64,000 bases of DNA from an uncultured Gammaproteobacteria bacterium. Lineage in GTDB: Bacteria > Patescibacteriota > Patescibacteriia > SG8-24. A program made the position numbers and the translations under genes. The notes beneath the pieces are model-generated. The model was not told the origin of the DNA. It ran no database searches and was given only the letters and a program-made list of their open reading frames with translations. How positions within the stretch are numbered: the stretch's first letter is position 1; each line of letters opens with the position of its first letter. Location: NCBI GenBank assembly GCA_964407925.1, contig CAYOXM010000004.1, positions 12,389 to 76,388 of the forward strand. Direction: 5' to 3'. Positions 55,293 through 64,000 of this stretch are shown piece by piece.

Positions 55293-57923
55293 TCAGAACG
55301 GCGACGAGTCGTCGAAGTTTCCGGTCGGCATGGTGCCGACCATCAGCCGCTGCGGCATCCGCCCGCGCTGGAACGGCATGAGCTCTCCCCACGGCGACCG
55401 CACCAGCGTGACGTCGTCCGGCACGGGGAATTCCCGCGCCGGCGTCTCCGGATGCGCCGCCTTCATGAAGGCGAGCCAGATCGGCAGCGCGACGCCGCCG
55501 CCCGTGGCTTCCTTGATGATGGGCTGCGGGGTCATGCGCCCCACCCAGACGCCGACGACGAGGTCCGTGGTGAAACCCATGAACCAGACGTCGCGGAAGT
55601 CGTTGGTGGTACCGGTCTTCGCGGCGGCGGGCCTCTGGAGCTCGCGCACGCGCCTGCCGGTGCCTTGCTCGACCACGCCCTTCATCAGGTACGTGAGCGC
55701 GTAGGCGTCGCCGGCCGGAACGGCCTGCGGCAGTTTCTCCCTCGGCACGGGGTCGTACCGGTAGAGTTCCTTGCCGTCGGCGTCGAGCACGGACGTCAGG
55801 AAGATGCCCGCCTGCTCCGCGCCGGGATGGCGCGGCATCTGCTTTCCGCCGGACGCGATCGTCGCGTAGGCGTAGGTATGCTCCCACGGCGAGAGCTCGG
55901 CCGAACCGACCGCGAGCGGCAGGACGCGTTCGAGCGGCGACGTGATGCCGACCGTCCGCATCGTGCGGATGACCTCCTCGATGCCGTACTTGTAGGCGAG
56001 GCGGACCGAGACGGAGTTCAGCGAGAGCGCGAGCGCCGTCCGGAGGTTCACCATGCCGTAGTACTGCGTCACCGTGTTCGGGCCGCGGTAATTCTGCGGA
56101 CACCAGATGCCGGACGCCGACGGGTAACAACTCGGCCCGTCGAGCACCGTCTCGTCGACCGTCATGCCGTGCATGAGCCCGGTGAGGTAGACGTAGGGCT
56201 TGATCGACGAGCCCGGCTGCCGGTGCGCCATCGTCGCGGCGTTGTACTGGCTCTCGGTGAAGTCGTAGCCGCCGACGAGCGCCTTGAGCTCGCCGGTGTT
56301 CGGGTCGACCGCGACGAGCGCCGACTGGAGCGCCTCGGGATGATCCGGACCGCTCGTGCGGCGCGCGGCGAGCGCGTAGCGCGTGAGGTTCGGCGTCTTG
56401 CCCTTGGGAGCGCCGACGGTTTCGAGCGTCGCGATCTGGACGGACATCAGGTCGCCGACCGCGACTGCGGCCTTCGCCTTCGCCTCCCATTTCGCGACGC
56501 GCGCGGCATCGTCGGGATGCAGCGGGAACGCGGTCCCGCGGACGCAGACCGTCGGCGTGCCGCCGACCGACGCGACGCGCGCCATTTCGATGGCGCCGTC
56601 GACGACGGGTTCGGCGGGGCCGTTGCAGCCCGCGTACTTGGGATCCTTGCCTTCCGGACCGTTCCAGCCGATGCGCCGCTCGAGATCGATGAGCCCGCGT
56701 CGGACCGCCGATTCGGCCGCCCGCTGCATGCGCATATCGATCGTCGTGCGGACCGTGAGCCCCTTCTCGAAGACGGCTTCGTTGCCGTACATCCGCTTGA
56801 GCTCGCGTCGCACGTGATCGCAGAAGTACGGCGCGGCCGTGCGGTTGAGCGGGTCCTCGTGATAGATCATCACGATCTCCTGGGCGCGGGCCTCGTCGGC
56901 CTGCGCCTGGGTGATGGCCCCGGTCTCGACCATCCGTCCGAGCACGTACGCCTGTCTGGCGCGCGCACGATCGTAGTGGGCGTACGGCGAGTCGCGCGAC
57001 GGCGCGCGGGGCAATCCCGCGAGCAGCGCCGCCTCCGCTACCGTGAGCTGGCTCACGTCCTTCGCGAAATAGGTCTGTGCCGCCGCCTGGACGCCGTAGG
57101 CGCCGTGGCCGAGGAAGACGTGGTTCAGGTAGACCTCGAGGATCTTGTCCTTCGACATCGTCTTCTCGATCTCGACGGCGAGCACGATTTCCTGGAGCTT
57201 GCGACGGTAGGTCTTCTCGTTGTTCTTGAGAATGACCTGTTTGATCGCCTGCTGGGTCAGCGTGGACGCGCCCTGCTTGGTGTCGCCGCTCTCGAAGTTC
57301 ACCGACGCCGCGCGGATGATGGCGACGGGATCGATGCCGGTGTGCGTGTAGAAGCTCTTGTCCTCCGCGGCAATGAACGCCTGGCGGACGTGGTTCGGGA
57401 TGCGTTCGAGCGGCACGCGCACGCGGTTCTCGAGCGTGAACGTGCAGACGAGCTCGTTGTCCGCGGAATATACCTGCGTCGTGACCGGCGGACTGTACGC
57501 GACGAGCGCGTTCAAGTCCGACGGCACGCCTTCGGCGATCTTCTTGCGCGCATAGGGCAGCGAGAGCGAACCGAGGAGCGCGAGGCAGGCGAAGAAGAGC
57601 GCGAGCGACCGGAACAGCGCGAAGCGCTTTCCCGGCAGCTCGATCTTCACGATGCGCCAAAAGATGATGCGACCGAATCGCTTCATCTTCCTGCGCTTCT
57701 CCCTGGGCACGCCGCGGATGCGCCATGCCCAACGGTTCGGCGGACGCGTCCTGTAGGGCGGTCCGGCGAGGAGGGCGAAGGCGGCGAAGGCGACCGCGGC
57801 GGGGACGGAGAGCAGGCTGGTACCGACGAACGACTGAACGTTTCGCCAGACCAGCCATGCGCACAGGCCCGCGCCGCAGAGCCAGAGGACGATTCTCACC
57901 CGACGGGCGAACTGGGGCTTCAT
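55293..57923 (-). CDS. mrcA: class A penicillin-binding protein (PBP1A; transglycosylase + transpeptidase)
   Basis: 876 aa; GT51 motifs (EDKSFYTHTGID, GASTLTQQ), transpeptidase SxxK (SSIKP), SxN, KTGT. N-terminal TM; start could be a downstream Met. Confidence 0.9.
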   Translation of the reverse strand: MKPQFARRVRIVLWLCGAGLCAWLVWRNVQSFVGTSLLSVPAAVAFAAFALLAGPPYRTRPPNRWAWRIRGVPREKRRKMKRFGRIIFWRIVKIELPGKRFALFRSLALFFACLALLGSLSLPYARKKIAEGVPSDLNALVAYSPPVTTQVYSADNELVCTFTLENRVRVPLERIPNHVRQAFIAAEDKSFYTHTGIDPVAIIRAASVNFESGDTKQGASTLTQQAIKQVILKNNEKTYRRKLQEIVLAVEIEKTMSKDKILEVYLNHVFLGHGAYGVQAAAQTYFAKDVSQLTVAEAALLAGLPRAPSRDSPYAHYDRARARQAYVLGRMVETGAITQAQADEARAQEIVMIYHEDPLNRTAAPYFCDHVRRELKRMYGNEAVFEKGLTVRTTIDMRMQRAAESAVRRGLIDLERRIGWNGPEGKDPKYAGCNGPAEPVVDGAIEMARVASVGGTPTVCVRGTAFPLHPDDAARVAKWEAKAKAAVAVGDLMSVQIATLETVGAPKGKTPNLTRYALAARRTSGPDHPEALQSALVAVDPNTGELKALVGGYDFTESQYNAATMAHRQPGSSIKPYVYLTGLMHGMTVDETVLDGPSCYPSASGIWCPQNYRGPNTVTQYYGMVNLRTALALSLNSVSVRLAYKYGIEEVIRTMRTVGITSPLERVLPLAVGSAELSPWEHTYAYATIASGGKQMPRHPGAEQAGIFLTSVLDADGKELYRYDPVPREKLPQAVPAGDAYALTYLMKGVVEQGTGRRVRELQRPAAAKTGTTNDFRDVWFMGFTTDLVVGVWVGRMTPQPIIKEATGGGVALPIWLAFMKAAHPETPAREFPVPDDVTLVRSPWGELMPFQRGRMPQRLMVGTMPTGNFDDSSPF

Positions 57924-57967
57924 TTAAGGCTCCTTGTGCGGTCGTTTTGACGGTAAAAAGGACGTGA

Positions 57968-58020
57968 TTCCCGCGTGGCGGGAACATCACAAGGTAGACC
58001 CTCTTCGTCGAAAAAGTCAA
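57968..58020 (-). promoter_or_regulatory. PBP1A promoter region (TTGACT-18-TACCTT) plus 5' UTR hairpin TTCCCGC-GTG-GCGGGAA
   Basis: Shares the 12-mer TTGACTTTTTCG with the GT2-Rieske promoter; the hairpin lies between the -10 and the CAAGGAG SD. Confidence 0.45.
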
Positions 58021-58033
58021 CCGGCCGGAGGAT

Positions 58034-58064
58034 AAAAAAGAGCCCCTTTCGTGAAGAAAGGGGC
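58034..58064 (-). terminator. terminator downstream of the TPR protein gene
   Basis: Minus strand GCCCCTTTC-TTCAC-GAAAGGGGC followed by TCTTTTTTAT. Confidence 0.8.
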
Positions 58065-58068
58065 CGTC

Positions 58069-60228
58069 TCATTTGGCAGGTCGGACCTTGAGGGTCCAAC
58101 CGTCGTGAAGGAACGGGGTGCGAAGCGAGCCGTCGCCGCACGTACCGCCCTTCGTGCGGAGGCACAGGCGGTGCGGGCCGAGCCGGGCGAAGAACGTCAT
58201 CTTCATCCCGGGAAGGACGCTGCCGAGATCCTCCCCGTCGATGACCACCGTGAGTTCCGCCTTGCCATCGACGTTGTCGACGGTGAAGCGGATCTTCCGC
58301 CCCTTGTCGGGTTCGATCTGCGGCGTGAACGGCATCGAGTACTGCGGCGGCTTGACCTCCGGCAGCGTGACGCGCCGGTCGGCGTCCCTCTTCGCCACCG
58401 CCTCAAGCGTCGAGGCAGTGAGCGGGCCGTCGTACGTCTCGCACTTGTACTGACGGTAGAGCGGCAGGAGGACGTTGTTGAACGACCCGCGCATCTCGCG
58501 CACGTCGCGTTCGGCCTTCGCCGTCGCGTCGAGCACCGCCTTCATCGCGTCCGCCTCGTCCGGCGTGAGCGCCGCACCCTCGCCGCCGCGCCCCGCTTTC
58601 GCGATGCGCGCCGACATGTGCGCGAGCCACGTCCCGAGTTCGGCGTGCCGCTTGCCCTGCTCCCTTGCGAGGAGCGCGGACGATGCGGCCGCGCCGTCGA
58701 GGCAGCCCTTTTCCTTGTTGAGGTGCAGGTCGAAAACCGCGTCGTTCGTCGCCTTCTGGAAAGTCGCTCTCGCGTCCTCCATCGTGCCGACGGTCGCCGT
58801 GCTTTCGATGATCGCCCTCAGAAGCTCCTCGCCCCCGAGCGGACCGTTCGCCTGCGTCTCGCCGTCGAGTATCGCGCGGAGCCGAGGATCATCCGGCGCG
58901 AGCCGGGCCGCCTCCTTGTACTCCTTGAGCGCCTCCTTGGCATCGCCGGCCTGCGTCCGCAGGTCGCCACGGAACTTGCGCAGCCGCGCTTCCTTGGGGA
59001 AGCGAGCGAGCGCCGAACCGAGGGCGTCGTACGCGGCATCGCGGTCGCCGGCGGCGCGCAGGCATGCGGCCTCGAGGAACACGACGTTGACATCGCCGGG
59101 AACGAGCTTGGCGACCTCGTGCAGCTCGCCGGCGGCGTCGCGGTAGCGACGGTAACCGGCGTAGAGCGTGGCGAGCTCGCGGCGTGCCTCGACGTGCGTC
59201 GGCCAGAGCGTACGGGCGTCCTCGAAGGCGATGATCGCCTTCGGTTTCAGCTCGAGCGCGATGAGCGACATGCCGAGCCAGTACCGCGTGTCGCCGTCGA
59301 ACGGCCGGACCCCGGCCGCGCGTTCGAGGTATCCTCGGGCGATGTCGGGATTCTTCTCGTGGAGCTCGAGCTTGCCGAGCGCCACGAGCGACCGCACGTC
59401 CTTGGGACGCTTCTCCACCGCGAACTCGTAGTGGAGCCGCGCCAGGCGGCGCTTGTCCGCCTCCTCGAGGAGGTGAGCGTAAAAGCGCTGCGCTTCGGCG
59501 TGCGCGGGATCGATGCGCACCGCGACCTCGGCCATGCCGAGCGCGGTGTCACCGCTGCCGTCGTCCTTGTCCGCGAAGTAGCGGACCAGGGCGCGCGAGT
59601 ACTTCAGGAACGCGAACGCGTCTCCCGTCGGCGGCGTTTCGACGGCTTTCGCCGTCTCCGCCGCGAGCGGGTGACCGCCTGCGGCGAACGCGTCCGCGAC
59701 GGCTTTCGCGAAGAGCGCCTGTACGCGCGCCTGGGACTGCGTGCGAACCGTCCGTCCCGACGCGGTCTTCACCTCGTCGGTGAGATCGCCGGACGCCGTT
59801 CCGCTGCCGACGAGCCTCGCGCCTTCGGGGCGCGCTTCGTAAAGCTCGACGACGAACGTCCACTGCCACGTCTGACCGCTCATGCGGCCGGTGAGGAAGT
59901 GGGTCGCGCCGCGCGACGCGGCGAGCGCGTTCGCGGCGGCGACGTCGAACGGCGTCCCCGCCGCAGGGTACAGTCGCGCCTGTTCCTTCGTCAGGATCAG
60001 CGGACCGTTCAGCGGTTCGACGCCAGGATCGTCCTCGAGCCGTTCCGCGACGATCGCGGGAAGGCCCGTCGCGAGCGCCGAGAGCGACCGCGCCGCCGCC
60101 CCGTTCTGGAGCGGCGTCACGAGCAGCTTGATGCGCGTCGCGGGGACGGCCGGTTGCGCCTTGGCGACATGGACGTCCAAGACGAACGTAAAGAGCAGTA
60201 CGCAAAGAAACAGGATCAGCTTGCGCAT
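58069..60228 (-). CDS. secreted tetratricopeptide-repeat (TPR) protein
   Basis: Start MRKLILFLCVLLFTFVLDVHVAKA (signal peptide); multiple TPR-like helical repeats; strong terminator downstream. Confidence 0.7.
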   Translation of the reverse strand: MRKLILFLCVLLFTFVLDVHVAKAQPAVPATRIKLLVTPLQNGAAARSLSALATGLPAIVAERLEDDPGVEPLNGPLILTKEQARLYPAAGTPFDVAAANALAASRGATHFLTGRMSGQTWQWTFVVELYEARPEGARLVGSGTASGDLTDEVKTASGRTVRTQSQARVQALFAKAVADAFAAGGHPLAAETAKAVETPPTGDAFAFLKYSRALVRYFADKDDGSGDTALGMAEVAVRIDPAHAEAQRFYAHLLEEADKRRLARLHYEFAVEKRPKDVRSLVALGKLELHEKNPDIARGYLERAAGVRPFDGDTRYWLGMSLIALELKPKAIIAFEDARTLWPTHVEARRELATLYAGYRRYRDAAGELHEVAKLVPGDVNVVFLEAACLRAAGDRDAAYDALGSALARFPKEARLRKFRGDLRTQAGDAKEALKEYKEAARLAPDDPRLRAILDGETQANGPLGGEELLRAIIESTATVGTMEDARATFQKATNDAVFDLHLNKEKGCLDGAAASSALLAREQGKRHAELGTWLAHMSARIAKAGRGGEGAALTPDEADAMKAVLDATAKAERDVREMRGSFNNVLLPLYRQYKCETYDGPLTASTLEAVAKRDADRRVTLPEVKPPQYSMPFTPQIEPDKGRKIRFTVDNVDGKAELTVVIDGEDLGSVLPGMKMTFFARLGPHRLCLRTKGGTCGDGSLRTPFLHDGWTLKVRPAK

Positions 60229-60377
60229 GGCTACCCTCCTCCGGGTCGGTAGCTGGCTCCAGCAACCGTGGGTTTGAGCCGATTTCGGTCTATCAAGGTT
60301 TCCCGCGGGCGTCAATCGAAAAATAGAAATCGAGCCGCAGTACTGCGGCTCGAATTTCGGCCAATCTCCGCATCGTT

Positions 60378-61580
60378 TTAGGCGACCTTCCGGCGCCGGA
60401 CGAGGCAGACGAAAGACTTCAAGTAGGCGGATTCGGGGAAATAGACGGAGAGTGGATGGTCGGCGGACTGACGTACCGTTTCAAGGATGCGGAGATCGAC
60501 GCCAGCCTGCACCGACGCGCGCCGCAGGATGAAAGCGAGGTCCTCTTCAGGAAGGAAGTGCGAGCAGCTCGAGGTGACGAAGATGGCACCGTCCTCGGCG
60601 AGACGCAGCGCGGCGCGATTCAGAAAGTGGTAGGCCTTTTTCCCCTCTTCCGCGTCCTTGCGGCTCTTGATGAGCGCCGGAGGGTCGAGGATGATCATGC
60701 CGAAACGCTCGCCCGCCTTGTCGGAGAGGAACTGGAAGGCGTCCGCCTCGACCGTCGTGAACTTTTCCGGCGCGACCCCGTTCGCTTGGGCATGCGCCGC
60801 GCATGCGGCGAGTGCGGACGCGGAAGAGTCGACGTTCACGACCTCGTCCGCGCCGCCCTTGATGGCGGCGACGCCGGTCGCGCCGCCGTACGAGAACAGG
60901 TTCAACGCGCGACGCCCCCTGGCGTACCGCGCGACGACGGCGCGGAGATCCTTCTGATCGAGGAAAAATCCCGTTTTCTGTCCCTCCTTCACGTCGACCG
61001 CGAAATGCATGCCGCGCTCGTCGAAGACGACATTCTCGGGGAGCACGCCGTACCGCAGGCCGACCTCGTCGTGAAGCCCCTCTTCCTTGCGCACGGCGAT
61101 GTCGCTCCGCTCATAAATGGCGACCGGCGAAAAAACCTCGACGAGGGCGGTCACGACGTCGTCGCGCAGCCGGTCCATGCCGGCGGTCGAAAGCTGGATG
61201 ACGATGACGTCGTCATAACGGTCGACGACGAGGCCTGGGAGGCCATCCGCCTCGCCGAACACGACGCGGTAGCCGGTCGTGTCCGTGTCGGGGCCGAGGC
61301 CGACCAAACGACGCGCGGCATCGGCTTCCTTTATGCGCGCCTTGAGAAAGGCGGCGTCGATGACGGCGTTCTCGAAGGCGAACAGCCGGACGGCAATGGA
61401 CGATTTGGCCGAGTATGTACCCGTGCCGACGATGGCGCCGTCGGGACCGGCGACGTTGATGATTGCCCCATGTTCGACGTCGTCAGGACGACGCTCAAGC
61501 GCGCCCGAGAAGATCCACGGGTGCTTGAAGGCGGCATTCGCCATCTTGGTTTTCTGAAGCGTCGCGACGGGATAGGACAT
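60378..61580 (-). CDS. rlmI: 23S rRNA m5C methyltransferase RlmI/RlmK-like (PUA + SAM-dependent MTase)
   Basis: Internal start MSYPVATLQKTK of ORF 60378..61847 (upstream part is R/S-rich noise). SAM-binding 'ALNLFSYGGATGVAA', 'ILDPPAL'. Confidence 0.8.
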   Translation of the reverse strand: MSYPVATLQKTKMANAAFKHPWIFSGALERRPDDVEHGAIINVAGPDGAIVGTGTYSAKSSIAVRLFAFENAVIDAAFLKARIKEADAARRLVGLGPDTDTTGYRVVFGEADGLPGLVVDRYDDVIVIQLSTAGMDRLRDDVVTALVEVFSPVAIYERSDIAVRKEEGLHDEVGLRYGVLPENVVFDERGMHFAVDVKEGQKTGFFLDQKDLRAVVARYARGRRALNLFSYGGATGVAAIKGGADEVVNVDSSASALAACAAHAQANGVAPEKFTTVEADAFQFLSDKAGERFGMIILDPPALIKSRKDAEEGKKAYHFLNRAALRLAEDGAIFVTSSCSHFLPEEDLAFILRRASVQAGVDLRILETVRQSADHPLSVYFPESAYLKSFVCLVRRRKVA

Positions 61581-61659
61581 AGGCGTGCGAAAAAATATTC
61601 GTGAATGACGGTCGAGCGTAGCACGCTCCGTCGCCCCGGTCAATGGCGGCACCGCCTCC

Positions 61660-62202
61660 TCAGGATTTCCTCGCCTGTCGCGAGAGCACGGCGATTTCCA
61701 CGGCGACGAGCGCCGCCGCGAGCGCGTACAGCGCAGGAAACGACCGCTCCTGCGCGCCGTCGCCCGGGCTCGCGCCCCCTTCGGTGACAGACGCGGCGAC
61801 CACGGTGAGCGGGAAGGTCTGTTCCGCCATCGTCTCGCCTGCGACATCGAGAAACCGCGCGGCGAGCTCGTACTCCCCCGCCGCCGGGAACGTCTGCGTG
61901 AACGTCACGTTCCTGCCGAACGCGCGCAGCGTTCCCGCGAAAGCGATCTTGTCGCCCGAGGAAATCCGCACCCAGACGCTGCCGAAGTCCGCCGCCTTGT
62001 CCGCGTCCTTGTCGACGAGATTGAACGCCAGCGCGGCCGGCTCGCCCGCGACGAACGTCTCGGGCGACCAACCGACGTCGATGAGGTACTTTCCGACCGC
62101 GGCGTCTGCGCCGCCGGCCATGTGCGCCATCGTCGCCGCGGGCATGAAAACGGCCGTCATCGCGCACGCCGCCGCCGCGACCATGGTGAGAATTTTCAGC
62201 AT
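61660..62202 (-). CDS. hypothetical secreted/membrane-anchored protein
   Basis: 180 aa; N-terminal signal peptide (MLKILTMVAAAACAMTAVFMPAATMAHMAGG), C-terminal TM (ALYALAAALVAVEIAVL). Confidence 0.5.
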   Translation of the reverse strand: MLKILTMVAAAACAMTAVFMPAATMAHMAGGADAAVGKYLIDVGWSPETFVAGEPAALAFNLVDKDADKAADFGSVWVRISSGDKIAFAGTLRAFGRNVTFTQTFPAAGEYELAARFLDVAGETMAEQTFPLTVVAASVTEGGASPGDGAQERSFPALYALAAALVAVEIAVLSRQARKS

Positions 62203-62246
62203 ACTGCGGCATGATAGCGCGGAGCCGCGCTTCGCGGAAGTCGCGG

Positions 62247-62804
62247 CTACCCGCCGTCAGGCCCGTTCTCCTTGAGCAGTTCCGCGAAACGCTTCTTGGC
62301 CTTCGCGAGCTTGGGGTTGATGACGACTTGGCAGTATGGTTCGTCCTTGTTGTTGGCGTAATAATTCTTATGGTAGTCCTCGGCGGGATAGAACGCCGCT
62401 AGCGGCTCGAGCGAGGTCACGATCGGGTCGCCGCCGGGATGATCCTTCTCAAGCCCGGCGATGAACGCCGCGGCAGCCGCCCTCTGTTCCTCGTCGACGT
62501 AGAAAACCGCTGAACGGTACTGCGTGCCGACGTCGTTTCCCTGACGATTGAGCGTCGTCGGGTCGTGCGTCGCGAAAAACACGGAAAGCAGGTCATCGAA
62601 CGCGATGAGCCCCTCGTCATACGCGACGCGAATGACTTCGGCGTGACCGGTGCGTCCCGTGCACACTTGGTCGTACGTCGGATTCGGCACCGTGCCCCCG
62701 GCGTATCCCGGTTCGACCGCCGTGACGCCGCGCAGCATCTTGAAAATCGCCTCAGTGCACCAGAAGCAACCGCCGCCGAATACCGCCTGTTTCGTTTCGC
62801 TCAT
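62247..62804 (-). CDS. msrA: peptide methionine sulfoxide reductase MsrA
   Basis: 185 aa; 'AVFGGGCFWCTEAIF' catalytic motif. Confidence 0.95.
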   Translation of the reverse strand: MSETKQAVFGGGCFWCTEAIFKMLRGVTAVEPGYAGGTVPNPTYDQVCTGRTGHAEVIRVAYDEGLIAFDDLLSVFFATHDPTTLNRQGNDVGTQYRSAVFYVDEEQRAAAAAFIAGLEKDHPGGDPIVTSLEPLAAFYPAEDYHKNYYANNKDEPYCQVVINPKLAKAKKRFAELLKENGPDGG

Positions 62805-63571
62805 AATCCGAAAATCCTTACCGCGTTCTTAGAGAATACGTCCGCGTCGGCGCCGAAAACCTTCTTCGCGACGGCGACGTATGACGACTGATCGCTGATG
62901 GGCCAATCGGTCCCGAAGAGCAGCCTGTCCGTGCCTCCAGCGACGCGAACGAAATCGCGAACGACATCGGCGAAATGCGCGCGATGTTTCGCGTCGAACG
63001 CCCCGTAGACGAATCCGGAACAGTCCGCGTGAACGTTCTTGTTCTTATACACCACCTCGGCCGCGTCGATCTGCCACGGGTAGCCCATGTGCGCTATTAC
63101 GATGGGCAGTTCGGGCATTTCGGTCGCGATTTCGTCGACGTGCAGCGGGTGCGCGAAACGCAGCTTGGCGACGTGCACGCGGCTGTACGTGTCGCCGCTG
63201 TGAAAAATCGCCGGCCGCTTGAATTCGGCGAGCAGCTTCAGGTACGGACGCAGCACCTTGTCGTACGGGTAGAAATACTCGTATCCGGGATAAAATTTCA
63301 TGGCGTGAATTTGCCCCTTCTCGAGCCAGCCGCCGACGGTCTTGAGCGAGGGCCGTTTCGCGAGCGGCGAAATCGCGCCGACGGGAAAAAGCCTGTCGCG
63401 GTACGACGCGACCGCCTCGATGAGCGCCTCGGTCGAGCATTGGTTGATGCGTCCCGCGAACACCATTGCCTTCGCGATGCCGGCTTTTCGCATCGACGCG
63501 ACGAGCGAAGCCGGCCGCGCGTCGATGGCGCCGCCGAACCCGATGTGCACGTGACTGTCGATGATGAGCAT
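62801..63571 (-). CDS. amidohydrolase-2 family (TIM-barrel metal-dependent hydrolase)
   Basis: 256 aa; 'LIIDSHVHIGF' metal-binding HxH start, later His/Asp ligands. 4-bp overlap with msrA. Confidence 0.75.
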   Translation of the reverse strand: MLIIDSHVHIGFGGAIDARPASLVASMRKAGIAKAMVFAGRINQCSTEALIEAVASYRDRLFPVGAISPLAKRPSLKTVGGWLEKGQIHAMKFYPGYEYFYPYDKVLRPYLKLLAEFKRPAIFHSGDTYSRVHVAKLRFAHPLHVDEIATEMPELPIVIAHMGYPWQIDAAEVVYKNKNVHADCSGFVYGAFDAKHRAHFADVVRDFVRVAGGTDRLLFGTDWPISDQSSYVAVAKKVFGADADVFSKNAVRIFGL

Positions 63572-63634
63572 GGCGAAAGTATACAGCCGCGAACGCGCCG
63601 TGAAAAGAAAAAATCCGCCGACGGGCGGACGTTC

Positions 63635-64000
63635 TCAGGCGGCGAGCGGGCGCGGCAACCAGACGGACAGCGCATCGGGAACGCGGAGCGCCCCGGCCGA
63701 ACCGGCGGCCGCGATGGCGGCGCGCATGCACTGGTACTCGACCGCGAAGTCGTGCGTGCCCGCGCACCAACCGACGGGATCGGCGGAGGCGGCGCGAATC
63801 ACGTCTTCGGGCGAGAGCCAGCGGAACTCGTCCACTTCGCCCGGCTGCGGGACGAGCGTGGCGTCACGGTCGGCGACGGTGACGAACTCCCGCACCCAAA
63901 GGCGCGCGTTCTCGAGGCGCGTGGTGCGCCACGAAAGCAGCGTGCCGCCGGCAGGCGCGATGCCAGCCTCCTCGTACAGCTCCTTCTCGGCGTTCGTCTC
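63635..64000 (-). CDS. NUDIX hydrolase, 3' part (gene continues beyond window end)
   Basis: The frame is open to the window end; hand translation of the last 100 nt gives ...ETNAEKELYEEAGIAPAGG... (Nudix box-like E-x2-EE-x-G-I). The track shows only the Met-initiated fragment 63635..63895. Confidence 0.65.
   Translation of the reverse strand, partial: ETNAEKELYEEAGIAPAGGTLLSWRTTRLENARLWVREFVTVADRDATLVPQPGEVDEFRWLSPEDVIRAASADPVGWCAGTHDFAVEYQCMRAAIAAAGSAGALRVPDALSVWLPRPLAA

Noticed and set aside
55177-58020. Upstream 948 codons of the 1167-aa minus-strand ORF 54517..58020
   Set aside because: This part is an R/G/A-rich frame overlapping PBP1A in another frame. Only the last 219 codons (54517..55176) look like a real protein, which is the paralog of 53263..53913.
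58051-60252. 733-aa plus-strand ORF antisense to the TPR protein
   Set aside because: R-rich low-complexity translation; the minus-strand product has a signal peptide and TPR-like repeats.

Overview
High-GC (about two-thirds G+C by eye, not computed), very gene-dense bacterial chromosomal segment. About 60 protein genes, almost all on the minus strand, many with 4-bp ATGA start/stop overlaps. No rRNA, tRNA, CRISPR array, transposase or integrase was recognised. Content, in window order: (i) housekeeping genes lgt (partial), ubiB, gatC-gatA, ligA. (ii) A ~17-kb monoderm-style type IV pilus (T4P) locus on the minus strand: pilM-pilN-pilO, a small TM protein, pilB, a CheY-like receiver, pilC, two tandem major-pilin paralogs, prepilin peptidase, three pseudopilins and a PilX-like protein. 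No secretin or pilT lies in the window. Immediately upstream and co-directional are two large secreted repeat proteins: a 1441-aa protein with nine or more Cys-framed Asp-rich 'C-x-D-x-x-D-N-D-x-D-G-x-x-D-C-x-D-x-x-C' (MopE/thrombospondin-type-3-like) repeats, and a 556-aa protein with four 'GWAWS...GWI' repeats. (iii) rnhA, recJ, lepA, murJ. (iv) An anaerobic fermentative block: ackA plus a PduL-type phosphotransacylase, mgtE, and a four-subunit 2-oxoacid (pyruvate):ferredoxin oxidoreductase porA-porB-porG-porD. (v) A Rieske protein and GT2 glycosyltransferase operon, a SpoU methyltransferase, rlmD, era, and a LOG-family gene. (vi) An NAD salvage supra-operon on the minus strand: nrtR-like Nudix regulator, pncA, a nadD-nadK fusion, a GNAT, pncB, prs, nadE. 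(vii) A paralogous pair of unknown ~215-aa proteins flanking a PPC/DUF296 gene, then PBP1A, a TPR protein, rlmI, msrA, an amidohydrolase and a partial NUDIX gene. The main non-coding signals are these. There is a family of three low-GC, oriented imperfect-palindrome elements (AGGT repeats, then ACCT repeats, then ATG) sitting exactly at the 5' ends of ligA, rnhA and the LOG gene; one copy supplies the stop codon of recJ. There is a 517-nt structured non-coding gap between rlmD and era, bounded by terminators. There are several strong operator-like inverted repeats in the NAD operon and upstream of porA. Two cell-envelope promoters share a 12-mer, and there are several rho-independent terminators. 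The compact overlapping genes, 4-subunit PFOR, NAD salvage rather than de novo synthesis, T4P and giant surface proteins suggest a small-genome anaerobic monoderm-like lineage (CPR/Patescibacteria-like or Chloroflexi/Actinobacteria-like). This lineage call is low-confidence inference. All coordinates of non-ORF motifs are hand-read and may be off by a few nucleotides.
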